From the NCBI GenBank assembly GCA_963775125.1, contig CAVZHQ010000001.1, positions 79,209-143,208 on the forward strand: a stretch of 64,000 nt of DNA. Reading direction: 5' to 3'. Numbering within the stretch: position 1 is the first letter of the stretch; each line of letters starts with the position of its first letter. The translations under genes and the position numbers were made by a program. This document shows, piece after piece, positions 26,819 through 35,904 of the stretch. Source of the stretch: an uncultured Acidimicrobiales bacterium (lineage in GTDB: Bacteria > Actinomycetota > Acidimicrobiia > Acidimicrobiales > SZUA-35). A model generated the notes under the pieces. It saw nothing but the letters and a program-made list of their open reading frames with translations. It did no database searches and was not told the DNA's origin.

Positions 26819-28401
26819 ACAACCTCCGGTCCGCCGCTCCGCCAACCTTGGCGCTGGTCTTCTTGGGGGCGCTGGTGGTGTGGCCGATCGTTGCCATTCT
26901 GCTGCGCAGCCTGGGTGGCGTCGGCCTCGGGCGGCTGACGGACATCTTGGGGAGGCAAGCTGTCTGGAGCGTGGTCGGTTTCACCGTTGGTCAGGCTGCG
27001 CTGTCGATGGTGCTGACTCTGGCGATCGGTTTGCCGGTGGCGCTGGGTCTCGCTCGCTACGAACTTCCCGGTCGCCAAGTGATCCGATCGCTCGTCGTGG
27101 TTCCCTTCGTGTTGCCGACGGTGGTGGTGGCCGCGGCGTTTCGGGCGGTGTTCGGGGTGTTCGGTGTCTTCGAGCAGTCGTTGTTCGCCATTCTCTCGGC
27201 CCATGTGTTCTTCAACCTGGCCGTCGTCGTCCGGGTCGTCGGAGGAGCGTGGGCCCGGATCGACGCTCGCCAGACCGATGCGGCGCGTGTCCTCGGAGCA
27301 TCCGGTTGGCAGGCATTTCGCCGGGTCACGCTGCCGATGCTGCGGGGCCCGATTGCGGCCAGTGGAACGCTCGTGTTCCTCTTCTGCTTCACCAGCTACG
27401 GCGTCATCCTCATGCTGGGCGGGCCGACGAGGGCGACTCTGGAGACAGAAATTCAGCGCTACGCCGTCTTTCGCCAGGAGTTCGACGTCGCGGGCGTGCT
27501 CGCGTTGCTGCAGATGATCGTCGTTGCGTTGCTGGCAATCGTCGGCGGGAGGCTCCAGCGCCGAATTCCCACCGGCGGCCTGGTCTCACAACAAGCGCTT
27601 CGTCGTCGACGCCTGCCCATCGACTCCGGATCGCGTGGCGTGTTCACGGCGTTGGTGCTGGTCATCGTGACGGTCGTGATCGTGGTGCCGATGGCCGCAT
27701 TGGTCGAACGATCGCTGCGAGTAGGCGACGGTCATGGCTTCGACCATTTCGCCCGACTGATGGAGCGTTCCGACGTACTGCCGGTCTCGCCGGCCCGAGC
27801 GCTGCTGCACTCGTTGTCGTTCGCGCTGGCGGCAGCCGTGATTGCTGTGGTCTGCGCGGTGGTGACCGCCCGCTCGATCGCCCATGGAGGTCGGCTGGGG
27901 AGGCTGGTCGGTTTGATCTCGCTGGTCCCGTTGGGAGTCTCGGCGGTGACGCTCGGCTTCGGGTACCTCGTCGGGTTCGCCCGGTTCGATCTGCGCCGGA
28001 GCTTGTGGCTGATTCCTGCCGCCCACGCAGTCATTGGGCTTCCGTTCGTCCTGGCCACGATCTTGCCGGCCATCACGTCGATCCCGGAGCGTCTTCGCAA
28101 CGCAGCGGCCAGCCTCGGCGCCTCGCCGCGGGAAGTGGTTCGCCGAATTGAGCGGCCGATCGTCCGCCGAGCAATGCTCAACGGAGCCGGCTTCGCAGTG
28201 GCCGTGAGCGTCGGAGAGTTCGGCGCCACCTCGTTTCTGGCGCGGGGCTCCTCCGGATTCACCGCGCCCCTCGCCGTGTTCCGCCTGCTCTCTCGCCCCG
28301 GCGACACGCTGCGAGGCCAGGCCTTGGCCCTGTCGGTGGTCATCGGCCTGATCGTCGGTTCACTCGCCTTCGTCCTCGACCGAGTCGGCGACGCCGAATG
28401 A
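26794..28401 (+). CDS. thiP: thiamine ABC transporter permease (duplicated 6-TM)
   Basis: In-frame part of ORF 26545..28401. Two ABC permease halves. The start is uncertain (GTG 26794 or later). Confidence 0.78.
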   Translation: MDRHRSALNNLRSAAPPTLALVFLGALVVWPIVAILLRSLGGVGLGRLTDILGRQAVWSVVGFTVGQAALSMVLTLAIGLPVALGLARYELPGRQVIRSLVVVPFVLPTVVVAAAFRAVFGVFGVFEQSLFAILSAHVFFNLAVVVRVVGGAWARIDARQTDAARVLGASGWQAFRRVTLPMLRGPIAASGTLVFLFCFTSYGVILMLGGPTRATLETEIQRYAVFRQEFDVAGVLALLQMIVVALLAIVGGRLQRRIPTGGLVSQQALRRRRLPIDSGSRGVFTALVLVIVTVVIVVPMAALVERSLRVGDGHGFDHFARLMERSDVLPVSPARALLHSLSFALAAAVIAVVCAVVTARSIAHGGRLGRLVGLISLVPLGVSAVTLGFGYLVGFARFDLRRSLWLIPAAHAVIGLPFVLATILPAITSIPERLRNAAASLGASPREVVRRIERPIVRRAMLNGAGFAVAVSVGEFGATSFLARGSSGFTAPLAVFRLLSRPGDTLRGQALALSVVIGLIVGSLAFVLDRVGDAE

Positions 28402-29465
28402 CTTTCCCCGAGAGCAGCGGCGACGGACTGGGCGACTCTGGACTGGGCGACTCTGGACTGGGCGACTCTGGACTGAAGGTGTCGAAGCTCACCGTTCGCT
28501 ACGGCGAGACGTTGGCGCTCGACGGCGTCGATCTGCACGTACCCGCCGGTTCGATCGTCGCCGTCATCGGCCCGAGCGGTTGCGGCAAGAGCACCCTGCT
28601 GCGAGCGGTCGCCGGGATCGAGAAGCCGACTGCCGGGTCGGTCGAGCTCAACCGACGCGTGCTGGATCGGGTGCCAACGCACCTGCGTGGCGTCGGGCTC
28701 ATGTTCCAGGAGCACGCACTGTTCCCCCATCTCACCGTGGGGGAGAACGTGGGCTTCGGCCTCCAGTACGCCGGGCTGGCCGATCACCTGCGCGTGGATC
28801 GGGTACGCGAGTTGCTCGCACTCGTCGGTCTGGAGGGAACCGCCGACCGTGCGATCGATGAGCTGTCCGGCGGCGAAGCTCAGCGGGTTGCATTGGCGCG
28901 CGCCCTCGCTCCGTCGCCGGGACTCTTGATGCTGGACGAGCCACTCGGTTCTCTGGATCGGATGTTGCGGGAGCAGTTGGTGGGGGAACTGGGCCGAGTC
29001 ATTCGCCGGCAGGGCATGACGGCGGTGCACGTCACCCACGACCAGGCCGAAGCCTTTGCGTTGGCCGATGAGGTCGTCGTGCTCCGGGAGGGCCGCGTGC
29101 AGCAGGTCGGGACACCCGAGGAACTCTGGTGCCGGCCCGTGTCGCCGTTCGTCGCCGACTTCCTCGGGCATCCCAATCTCTGGGCCCGAGGCGACGAGAC
29201 GGTGCTCGTGCCCGTTGGCGGTCTGTGCCCTGCAACCCCCGGCCCGACCGGCGTGGCCCGCCGCGGGACGGTCGAGGCCTCGACGTTTCGGGAGGGGCAC
29301 TACCGGGTGACGGCCACGAGCACCGACGATCACGCAGGAGAGTCGTTGGTGTTCGATTCTGCAACCGCGCTGTCGGCCGGGTCCGACGTCGAACTGGTCA
29401 TCGACACCGCTCAGCTGTGGACCATGCCGACCGAGCGGCCGTTGGGCCCGACTCAGACGTCGTAA
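28398..29465 (+). CDS. thiQ: thiamine ABC transporter ATP-binding protein with N-terminal GLGDS x3 repeat
   Basis: ORF 28398..29465. The ATG overlaps the thiP stop (ATGA). Walker A GPSGCGKST, signature LSGGEAQR, Walker B LLMLDEP. Confidence 0.85.
   Translation: MTFPESSGDGLGDSGLGDSGLGDSGLKVSKLTVRYGETLALDGVDLHVPAGSIVAVIGPSGCGKSTLLRAVAGIEKPTAGSVELNRRVLDRVPTHLRGVGLMFQEHALFPHLTVGENVGFGLQYAGLADHLRVDRVRELLALVGLEGTADRAIDELSGGEAQRVALARALAPSPGLLMLDEPLGSLDRMLREQLVGELGRVIRRQGMTAVHVTHDQAEAFALADEVVVLREGRVQQVGTPEELWCRPVSPFVADFLGHPNLWARGDETVLVPVGGLCPATPGPTGVARRGTVEASTFREGHYRVTATSTDDHAGESLVFDSATALSAGSDVELVIDTAQLWTMPTERPLGPTQTS
28425..28475. repeat. 15-bp tandem repeat GGACTGGGCGACTCT x3 plus a partial copy, in frame in the thiQ 5' end
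   Basis: Read directly. Perfect copies at 28425, 28440 and 28455. Confidence 0.95.
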
Positions 29466-30313
29466 CGCCAGCCGCCGCCCTCGGCGACGAGCCGCCCCGC
29501 CCCCGGCCCGGCGAAGTGTGTGCCGATGACCAGCACATCGTCGGCCTCCCACCGGGCGAACGCCGCACGACGGCTGGCGATGGCGCCTGCCGAGTCGGTG
29601 TCGGCGCTCGAGGCCAGCTCGGGGTGGGGGAACTGGACCGGATGGTGGATCATGTCGCCGGTGATGACGGCTTGTTGCCCGTCGGACGCGATGCGGACGC
29701 TGTGGTGCCCCGGCGTGTGACCGGGCGTCGGTTCGAGCCGCACCGACGGGGTGAGCACGTGATCGGATTCGACGATCTCTGCCAGCCCGGCGTCGAAGAC
29801 GGGCTTGACCGAGTCGCCCATCACATCACCGAAGACCGCTGACTCGTCGGTGACCTTCCAATGGTCGTACTCGACCCGGCCGAACAGGTGCCGGGCGTTG
29901 GGAAAGGTGGGCACCCATGCGCCATCGACCAGCCGGGTGTTCCAGCCGACGTGATCGACGTGCATGTGGGTACAGACCACTTGGTCGATGGAATCCGGGG
30001 CGAACCCGGCTCCTTCGAGGTCGCTGAGAAAGGTGGTGTCGAGCATGTCGAACAAGGGAGTGGGCCGGGGCTTCTGGTTACCGACACAGGTGTCGACGAT
30101 GATCCGCTGACCGTCGGATTCGACGACGAGCGCCTGGATCCGCAGGACGAGCTTGCCCACCTCGTCCACGAAATGAGGCTTCATCCACGGAATCGACGCG
30201 ATGAGTTCGTCGGTGACGGTCGGGAGCAGCCAAGCGAAGCGCCAATGCTGCTCCGTCTCGATGATGCTGGTGATGGTGACATCACCAATGGTCCAGGTCG
30301 GTCCGAGAGGCAT
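29453..30313 (-). CDS. MBL-fold metallo-hydrolase (lactonase-like)
   Basis: ORF 29453..30313. Motif CTHMHVDHVGW. Confidence 0.8.
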   Translation of the reverse strand: MPLGPTWTIGDVTITSIIETEQHWRFAWLLPTVTDELIASIPWMKPHFVDEVGKLVLRIQALVVESDGQRIIVDTCVGNQKPRPTPLFDMLDTTFLSDLEGAGFAPDSIDQVVCTHMHVDHVGWNTRLVDGAWVPTFPNARHLFGRVEYDHWKVTDESAVFGDVMGDSVKPVFDAGLAEIVESDHVLTPSVRLEPTPGHTPGHHSVRIASDGQQAVITGDMIHHPVQFPHPELASSADTDSAGAIASRRAAFARWEADDVLVIGTHFAGPGAGRLVAEGGGWRYDV

Positions 30314-30371
30314 GCGTCATCTTGGCCCCGCCCGGCGAGCCGTGTCGACTCGGTCTGTAGAGTGATGGTCC

Positions 30372-31103
30372 GTGGCCTCCTATCCTTCTCGACGATCTGC
30401 GTTTGAACCGACAGCTTTTCCTCCGACAGCCTTTCATCCAACAGCATTTCATCCAACAGCAGAGCACGAACGATTCCAGTGGACCGGGCGGTGGTTTACG
30501 CGGCTGACTCGGACGCTGGCACACCTGGAGCTTCCCGAGGTGTTGCCGCTGCCCGACAACCGGCCGGTCATTCTCGCAGCCAATCACCGCAGTCTGCTCG
30601 ACCTCGCGATCGCGATGGCGGTCTTCAGCCGGTTCGGCCTTTCGAGCCGGATCCAGATCAGGGCCGATCTCATGGAACGAGGGCCTGGGGCCAAGCTGCT
30701 GCACGGCATCGGAGCGATCCCCACGTCGACCAAGCTTCGAGAGTCCTCGGAGCGGGCATCGATCGAGGCCGTTGCTGCCGGTCACCTTCTGTCGCTGATG
30801 CCCGAGGGGCGCCTCTGCAAACCCGAGGAGTGGGTGCGTGGCGTGGGGCCTGGTCGGCCGGGGGTGTCCCGAATCGCGTTGGCCACCGAGGCCGTCGTCG
30901 TGCCGATCGGGTTCAGCGGGACCGAACGGGTCTGGCCACGCGGCCGGCCGCCGAGGTTCCAGGTACCTCGGCCCCAGATCCGCGTCGGCGTCGGCCCTCC
31001 CGTCGAGCTGGCCAGCACGAGTCACGCCGACAACAGTCGGCAGGTGATGGAAGCCATCGCTGATGTGCTGGTCGCGCTCGAGGACCCGCACGCGGTGGCC
31101 TGA
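30372..31103 (+). CDS. lysophospholipid (1-acyl-glycerol-3-phosphate type) acyltransferase with N-terminal PTAF-repeat
   Basis: ORF 30372..31103. HX4D motif NHRSLLD and PEGR motif. The start is uncertain. Confidence 0.72.
   Translation: MASYPSRRSAFEPTAFPPTAFHPTAFHPTAEHERFQWTGRWFTRLTRTLAHLELPEVLPLPDNRPVILAANHRSLLDLAIAMAVFSRFGLSSRIQIRADLMERGPGAKLLHGIGAIPTSTKLRESSERASIEAVAAGHLLSLMPEGRLCKPEEWVRGVGPGRPGVSRIALATEAVVVPIGFSGTERVWPRGRPPRFQVPRPQIRVGVGPPVELASTSHADNSRQVMEAIADVLVALEDPHAVA
30408..30467. repeat. degenerate 15-bp tandem repeat CC(G/A)ACAGC(N)TTTCAT x4
   Basis: Read directly. Units at 30408, 30423, 30438 and 30453. Confidence 0.8.
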
Positions 31104-31137
31104 CTCATATCCGCAGGGCGTTTGCCGATGGTGAGCG

Positions 31138-32268
31138 ATGGCTCTTCCGCGCGGGCATCGACCTCAGCTCGATGGACTGCGTGCTCTGGCGGTGCTGTCG
31201 GTCGCCCTCCACCACTGGGAGCACCCGGAGGTGGCCGGGCGATCCTTGGCGCTCGGCTACTTGGGTGTCGGCCTGTTCTTCGTCCTGAGCGGCTACCTGA
31301 TCACCGGCGTGCTGATCGGTGTCCGAAGCGAGGCCGAACAGCGGGGCCTTCCTCGCCGCCGGGCAATGCTTCCTTTCTACGTGCGGCGGCTGCTGCGACT
31401 CGCGCCGGCGTTGTACGCGTACCTCCTGGTCGTGTGGGCCCTCGGCATCATCAGCAGCGCGGCCGACTTGCCTTGGTACTTCCTGTACGCCGGCAACCTC
31501 AAGGCCACGATCGATGAGGAGTGGTTCGCCGGCACCGCGCATTTGTGGAGCTTGGCCGTCGAGGAGCAGTTCTATGCGGTGATGCCCCTGGTCGTCCTGC
31601 TGCTGAAGCGCCGGGTGCAGGTCGCCACGTTCCTGGGGATCATCGGTCTCGGCGTCCTCATCCCGGTCCGTTTCGTGCTGCTTCCACCGACTGCGTTCAT
31701 GGGCTTGTCGGTCGGGTGTCTGCTGGCGCTGGCGGCCGCATCCTTCGAGGTGAAGCGTCTCGATCTTCTGTCCAGACTGAGCCTGCCGGGGATGGTTCTT
31801 TGGTTCGTCTCGGCCCATTTCCTCCTGGAGTCGAGAGACATCGCGGCCGCTGACCGCATGGTCGACCTGCTCGGCTACGTCTCGATGGCCGGCGTCGTCT
31901 GGTACGCGGCGAAGGGTGGCGCCTCGGCTGTCGGTCGACTGCTCGAAGCCCGGATCATGGTTTGGCTCGGCGGCATCAGCTACGGCCTGTATCTCTGGCA
32001 CGAGGCGGCGGCCGCCATGTTGAGGGTCGCAACCGACGGCAGCATCCTCGAGCTTCCCGCGTTGTTGTCGGTGCCGCTGCTGGGCGCGCTGACCGTAGGC
32101 CTGGCCGCGCTGAGTGCCCGACTGATCGAGTCGGCGCCCATGCAGCTGAAGGACCGGTTCCCCTATCTGCCCAAACCCGACGTTGTTCGCTCAGCTCCGG
32201 TCGCCCGGAATCATGATGGGCACGACATCGACCCCGTCCCGACCCTGGACGACAAGTACCTGGTCTGA
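31138..32268 (+). CDS. acyltransferase family 3 membrane protein
   Basis: ORF 31138..32268. Motif QLDGLRALAVLSV..HH..GYLGVGLFFVLSGYLIT. Confidence 0.8.
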   Translation: MALPRGHRPQLDGLRALAVLSVALHHWEHPEVAGRSLALGYLGVGLFFVLSGYLITGVLIGVRSEAEQRGLPRRRAMLPFYVRRLLRLAPALYAYLLVVWALGIISSAADLPWYFLYAGNLKATIDEEWFAGTAHLWSLAVEEQFYAVMPLVVLLLKRRVQVATFLGIIGLGVLIPVRFVLLPPTAFMGLSVGCLLALAAASFEVKRLDLLSRLSLPGMVLWFVSAHFLLESRDIAAADRMVDLLGYVSMAGVVWYAAKGGASAVGRLLEARIMVWLGGISYGLYLWHEAAAAMLRVATDGSILELPALLSVPLLGALTVGLAALSARLIESAPMQLKDRFPYLPKPDVVRSAPVARNHDGHDIDPVPTLDDKYLV

Positions 32269-33972
32269 CGCACAGGCGTCGATGCGGGCTTGTACCTCGG
32301 CGGGGTCGACCGCAGCGACATCGGTCAGGTCGGTGCGGATGAGCCGGGTCAACCGGCCTGGGAGACCGCCGGCCAGCGGGGATCCGGCGGGCGTGACCAG
32401 CCAACCGGTCCGCTGATGGGTGACGACAGGCGGAGGGGGCAGCAACGCATCGATTGCGTGCCGGTCACGACGGAAGACGTTGAAGTGATACCAAGCCACC
32501 CCGGTGACCGTGGCGATCAACGCGATGCCGAAGCGGTTCTCGTCGAGGGTGGAGCGGCCGATGATGCCTTCGATGAGATCTCGAAGGGTCGACGTGATCG
32601 CGCCGATCAAGGAGACGATCACGACGAGCCCGCCCACACCGAACAGTCCGATGAGGTAGATCCGGCGAATCGGTGATCTGAGTTCCGATGCTGAACGGTC
32701 CGTTTCCTCCCTGACTCGGGCTTCCAGCCGGCTCCAGGCCCACCACCACAACGGGCCACCGATCACCAAGAGGATGACGGCCAGGATGACCCGGTTGACG
32801 ACACTGACGTCGCCCGACACGACTCGGACGGAGAGCGCTTCGAGCAAGCCGACGAGGAGCATCGTCGCCCCAGCCATTGCGGTGATCAGACTCGCTCCGC
32901 TGAGGACGTAGTCGCGAACCCGTACCGGGTCGCTGCGAACCTCGGGGTGCTGGGCCGAGCGTTCATCGAGCACGAGTTGGTGGTGCCACCACGAACCTGC
33001 CCCGACGAGGAGCGCCCCGACCAAGATCGGGACACCGTCGAAGTGGCTGCGGGCCGCGTCCTCGGCCGGCTCGCCGACGAACCAGACCAACACGAGGTAG
33101 AGACCCCCGGCTGCGGATACCACGGTCATGATCAGGCCGAGGAGCGTCCCGGGGAAGAGGACGACGACGCTCCACAGGTCGGTTTGGGGGGAGCGCCGGT
33201 AACGCGCCAACCAGAAGAAGGCCCAGACCCCGGCACCCAGGACGAAGGTGATGACCCACGTCCAGGTGGTCGGTCCGTCGTCGACGTCGGGACCCTCCGA
33301 CAAGGTGACGGTCATCAAGCGGTCGAGCACGTTGTCGCCGGCCTGTTGGAACAGCCCGACCGAAGCAATGAGGGTGACGACCAAGCCGGCGACCGACCCG
33401 GCAGCCAGGTGGAGATCACCGTTGATGCCGTAGCGGGGGAGGAGCCAGAGCCAGTGTCCAGCCCAGACTGCCGACCAGATGATCACTGCGACCAGCGCGC
33501 CACGGTCGAACGAGTCATCGTTGGCCCATGCCCGGAGGAACTTGTGGGCTTGGAACATGCTGACAGCCAACGAGACGGCCAGCGAAAGATTGAGGTAAGC
33601 GGACCAGCTGGCCGACCGGCGTTCGACCGGATGCGTGTCCAACTGCTTCATGCCGTAGCGGCCGAGCAGCACGAAGGCCGGAGCCCCCACGATGATGAAG
33701 GCAAGGGACTGAGCGACGGCCTCGGCCCGGTCGGAGGCGAGCGTCTCGCCCTCGATCAGTTGGCCCAGAGCACTGGCGAGGCCCGAGCTGAGCAGGACGA
33801 GGGAGAGGAAGGTCAGGCCGTAGAGCACCAACCTTCGGATCGACGCCGCCATGTCGATCTCTCCAGGTTCGTCGGTGTCAGCGACGTGCGGCCCACGGTT
33901 CTTGAGGGCGCTCACGACCAACCAAAGGAGCAGACCGAGCACGATGAGGGGAATGAAGCCGGCAATCACCAT
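32191..33972 (-). CDS. hypothetical polytopic membrane protein (593 aa)
   Basis: ORF 32191..33972. Many hydrophobic segments with a soluble C-terminal tail. Overlaps the convergent gene by 78 nt. No family recognised. Confidence 0.5.
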   Translation of the reverse strand: MVIAGFIPLIVLGLLLWLVVSALKNRGPHVADTDEPGEIDMAASIRRLVLYGLTFLSLVLLSSGLASALGQLIEGETLASDRAEAVAQSLAFIIVGAPAFVLLGRYGMKQLDTHPVERRSASWSAYLNLSLAVSLAVSMFQAHKFLRAWANDDSFDRGALVAVIIWSAVWAGHWLWLLPRYGINGDLHLAAGSVAGLVVTLIASVGLFQQAGDNVLDRLMTVTLSEGPDVDDGPTTWTWVITFVLGAGVWAFFWLARYRRSPQTDLWSVVVLFPGTLLGLIMTVVSAAGGLYLVLVWFVGEPAEDAARSHFDGVPILVGALLVGAGSWWHHQLVLDERSAQHPEVRSDPVRVRDYVLSGASLITAMAGATMLLVGLLEALSVRVVSGDVSVVNRVILAVILLVIGGPLWWWAWSRLEARVREETDRSASELRSPIRRIYLIGLFGVGGLVVIVSLIGAITSTLRDLIEGIIGRSTLDENRFGIALIATVTGVAWYHFNVFRRDRHAIDALLPPPPVVTHQRTGWLVTPAGSPLAGGLPGRLTRLIRTDLTDVAAVDPAEVQARIDACASDQVLVVQGRDGVDVVPIMIPGDRS

Positions 33973-34037
33973 CGGTCACGACCTTCTTTCGCGCCGAGCG
34001 GGTCTCTCGGGCTGTACGGGGTATTCGAACGGGACGG

Positions 34038-34472
34038 TCATCGATCGCACGGCGCAGCAGGCCACGGGTCTTCGGCGATGTGCCATTGGTCGTCGAGCAG
34101 TTCGAGGAAGAACCGTTCTTCCATGTTGTAGCCGCCGGATCCGAACGGGCTCTCGTCGCCGAAGGTCAGCCGTACCTCGATCGTCGCACGGTCGTCCTCG
34201 ACGCGTTCATCGATGAGGACCGCTCGAACCGTGTCGGCCACGACGTTACGGCGGAGCGGGCGCTCACATCGGTTGGCGGTTTCTCGATCGAGGAACGTCC
34301 CGGCCAGATCCGGGTCGCCGTCGAATACGGCGTCGAGGTAGCGCTGAAGGGTGGCCTGGGGCGATCCCTCGTCGAAGGACTGGCGCCGGCTCCGACCCGC
34401 GAGGAGGGTGATCGCGACGACGGCCGCCAACACCGCCACCAACACCATCAAGACCGGTCGACTGGGTTTCAT
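34038..34472 (-). CDS. hypothetical membrane-anchored protein
   Basis: ORF 34038..34514. The likely start is MKPSRPVLMVLVAVLAAVVAI, with a single N-terminal TM. Confidence 0.42.
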   Translation of the reverse strand: MKPSRPVLMVLVAVLAAVVAITLLAGRSRRQSFDEGSPQATLQRYLDAVFDGDPDLAGTFLDRETANRCERPLRRNVVADTVRAVLIDERVEDDRATIEVRLTFGDESPFGSGGYNMEERFFLELLDDQWHIAEDPWPAAPCDR

Positions 34473-34579
34473 TGCGGAAGTATGACCTGGTCTGGTCCAA
34501 TCGGCCCCTGCCAAAGGTCACAAGGTTGACCGGCGAGCAGTGCACGGTGGCGATTCGTCGGGCGCGCTAGCGTCCAGGG

Positions 34580-35467
34580 GTGACCTCCCCGCAATCACCC
34601 GCGCCACCCCCGCAGCAGCAGCCGTCGGCGTACCCCGCCAACTGGTATCCCGATCCAGCCGGTCGGCACGAGCTGCGCTTCTGGGACGGCGAGCGATGGA
34701 CCGACCACGTCAGCTCGCAGGGTCGCCAAGGCGTCGATCCGCTCCAGTCGCCACCGCCGCCGGTTCAGATTGGGCACAGCCCGGAGCAGATCCAGCAGCA
34801 GGTGGCCAATCACCAGGCCCAGGCGGCCAAGCGCGGTGGGCAGGTCGATGCGGCGTTCGTCGGCGACGGCACACTGTTCGGCGAACCGGTGCTCGTCGTG
34901 AACCAGAAGGCGAAGCTGATCGAGATCAACAACGAGTACGCCATCTTCGATCAGGGCGGACGCCAGATAGGCGCCGTGCGTCAGGTCGGTCAGTCCACCC
35001 TCAAGAAGGTCATGCGGGTCGCCACCAACCTCGACCAGTTCATGACCCACACCTTCCAGATCGTGGATGCCGCAGGAACCGTGGTCATGCAGGTCACCCG
35101 ACCGGCGAAGTTCGTGAAATCCAAGGTGCTCATCGCCGATGGTGCAGGTCGTCCCATCGGGGAGATCCGCCAGGAGAACGCCATCGGCAAGATCCGCTTC
35201 GGGCTCTTCTCCGGCGACTTTCGGCTCGGCTCCATCCGCGCCGAGAACTGGCGGGCCTGGAACTTCTCGATCCAGGACGCCGACGACAACGAGGTGGCTC
35301 GTATCACCAAGACCTGGGAGGGCTTGGCCAAGACCTTGTTCACCACGGCCGACAACTATGTCCTGCAGATCCACCGACCATTGCCCGACCCGCTTCGGGC
35401 ATTGGTCGTCGCTTCAGCGCTCACCGTCGACACGGCACTGAAACAGGATTCTCGCGGTCTCGGCTGA
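34580..35467 (+). CDS. DUF2510-type N-terminal module fused to a phospholipid-scramblase/LURP1-like domain
   Basis: ORF 34580..35467. NWYPDPAGRHELRFWDGERWTDHV, then a beta-rich scramblase-like region (FQIVDAAG..FSIQDADDNEVARI). Confidence 0.6.
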   Translation: MTSPQSPAPPPQQQPSAYPANWYPDPAGRHELRFWDGERWTDHVSSQGRQGVDPLQSPPPPVQIGHSPEQIQQQVANHQAQAAKRGGQVDAAFVGDGTLFGEPVLVVNQKAKLIEINNEYAIFDQGGRQIGAVRQVGQSTLKKVMRVATNLDQFMTHTFQIVDAAGTVVMQVTRPAKFVKSKVLIADGAGRPIGEIRQENAIGKIRFGLFSGDFRLGSIRAENWRAWNFSIQDADDNEVARITKTWEGLAKTLFTTADNYVLQIHRPLPDPLRALVVASALTVDTALKQDSRGLG

Positions 35468-35890
35468 TCAGATGCGGCCCGTTCGAGTGAGCGCCAGCAC
35501 CGGGATGACCCGGTCGCCGGCCTTCTCTTCGTACTCGCCGAACTGGGGCATCAGCGCCACCTGCTTGGCGTACAGCTCCGAACGTTCATCGCCGGTGAGC
35601 TCGGTGACCGCGACCTTGAAGGTCTCGGTGCCGTACTCGACGTCGATCTGCGGGTTGGCCTTGAGGTTGTGGTACCACGCCGGGTTGTTCGGAGCGCCCG
35701 CCTTCGAGGCGAACACGATGAAACGGTCGCCGTCGAGGTAACACACGAGGGGCTTCTCTCGCACCTCGCCGGTCTTGGCGCCGACGGTGTGCAGGATCAC
35801 CAACGGAGCGTCGCCGAATTGCGCGACCTTCCCGCCGTTTGCCCTGAACTCTTCCATGACTTGTCTGTTCCAGTCGTTCACGGAGAGCAC
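35468..35890 (-). CDS. deazaflavin (F420H2)-dependent nitroreductase family protein (Ddn-like)
   Basis: C-terminal part of ORF 35468..36322 from VLSVNDWNRQVMEEFRANGG. Motif NPAWYHNL. The start is GTG 35890 or 35881. Confidence 0.75.
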   Translation of the reverse strand: MLSVNDWNRQVMEEFRANGGKVAQFGDAPLVILHTVGAKTGEVREKPLVCYLDGDRFIVFASKAGAPNNPAWYHNLKANPQIDVEYGTETFKVAVTELTGDERSELYAKQVALMPQFGEYEEKAGDRVIPVLALTRTGRI

Positions 35891-35904
35891 CCTACCCTTC
35901 TCGT

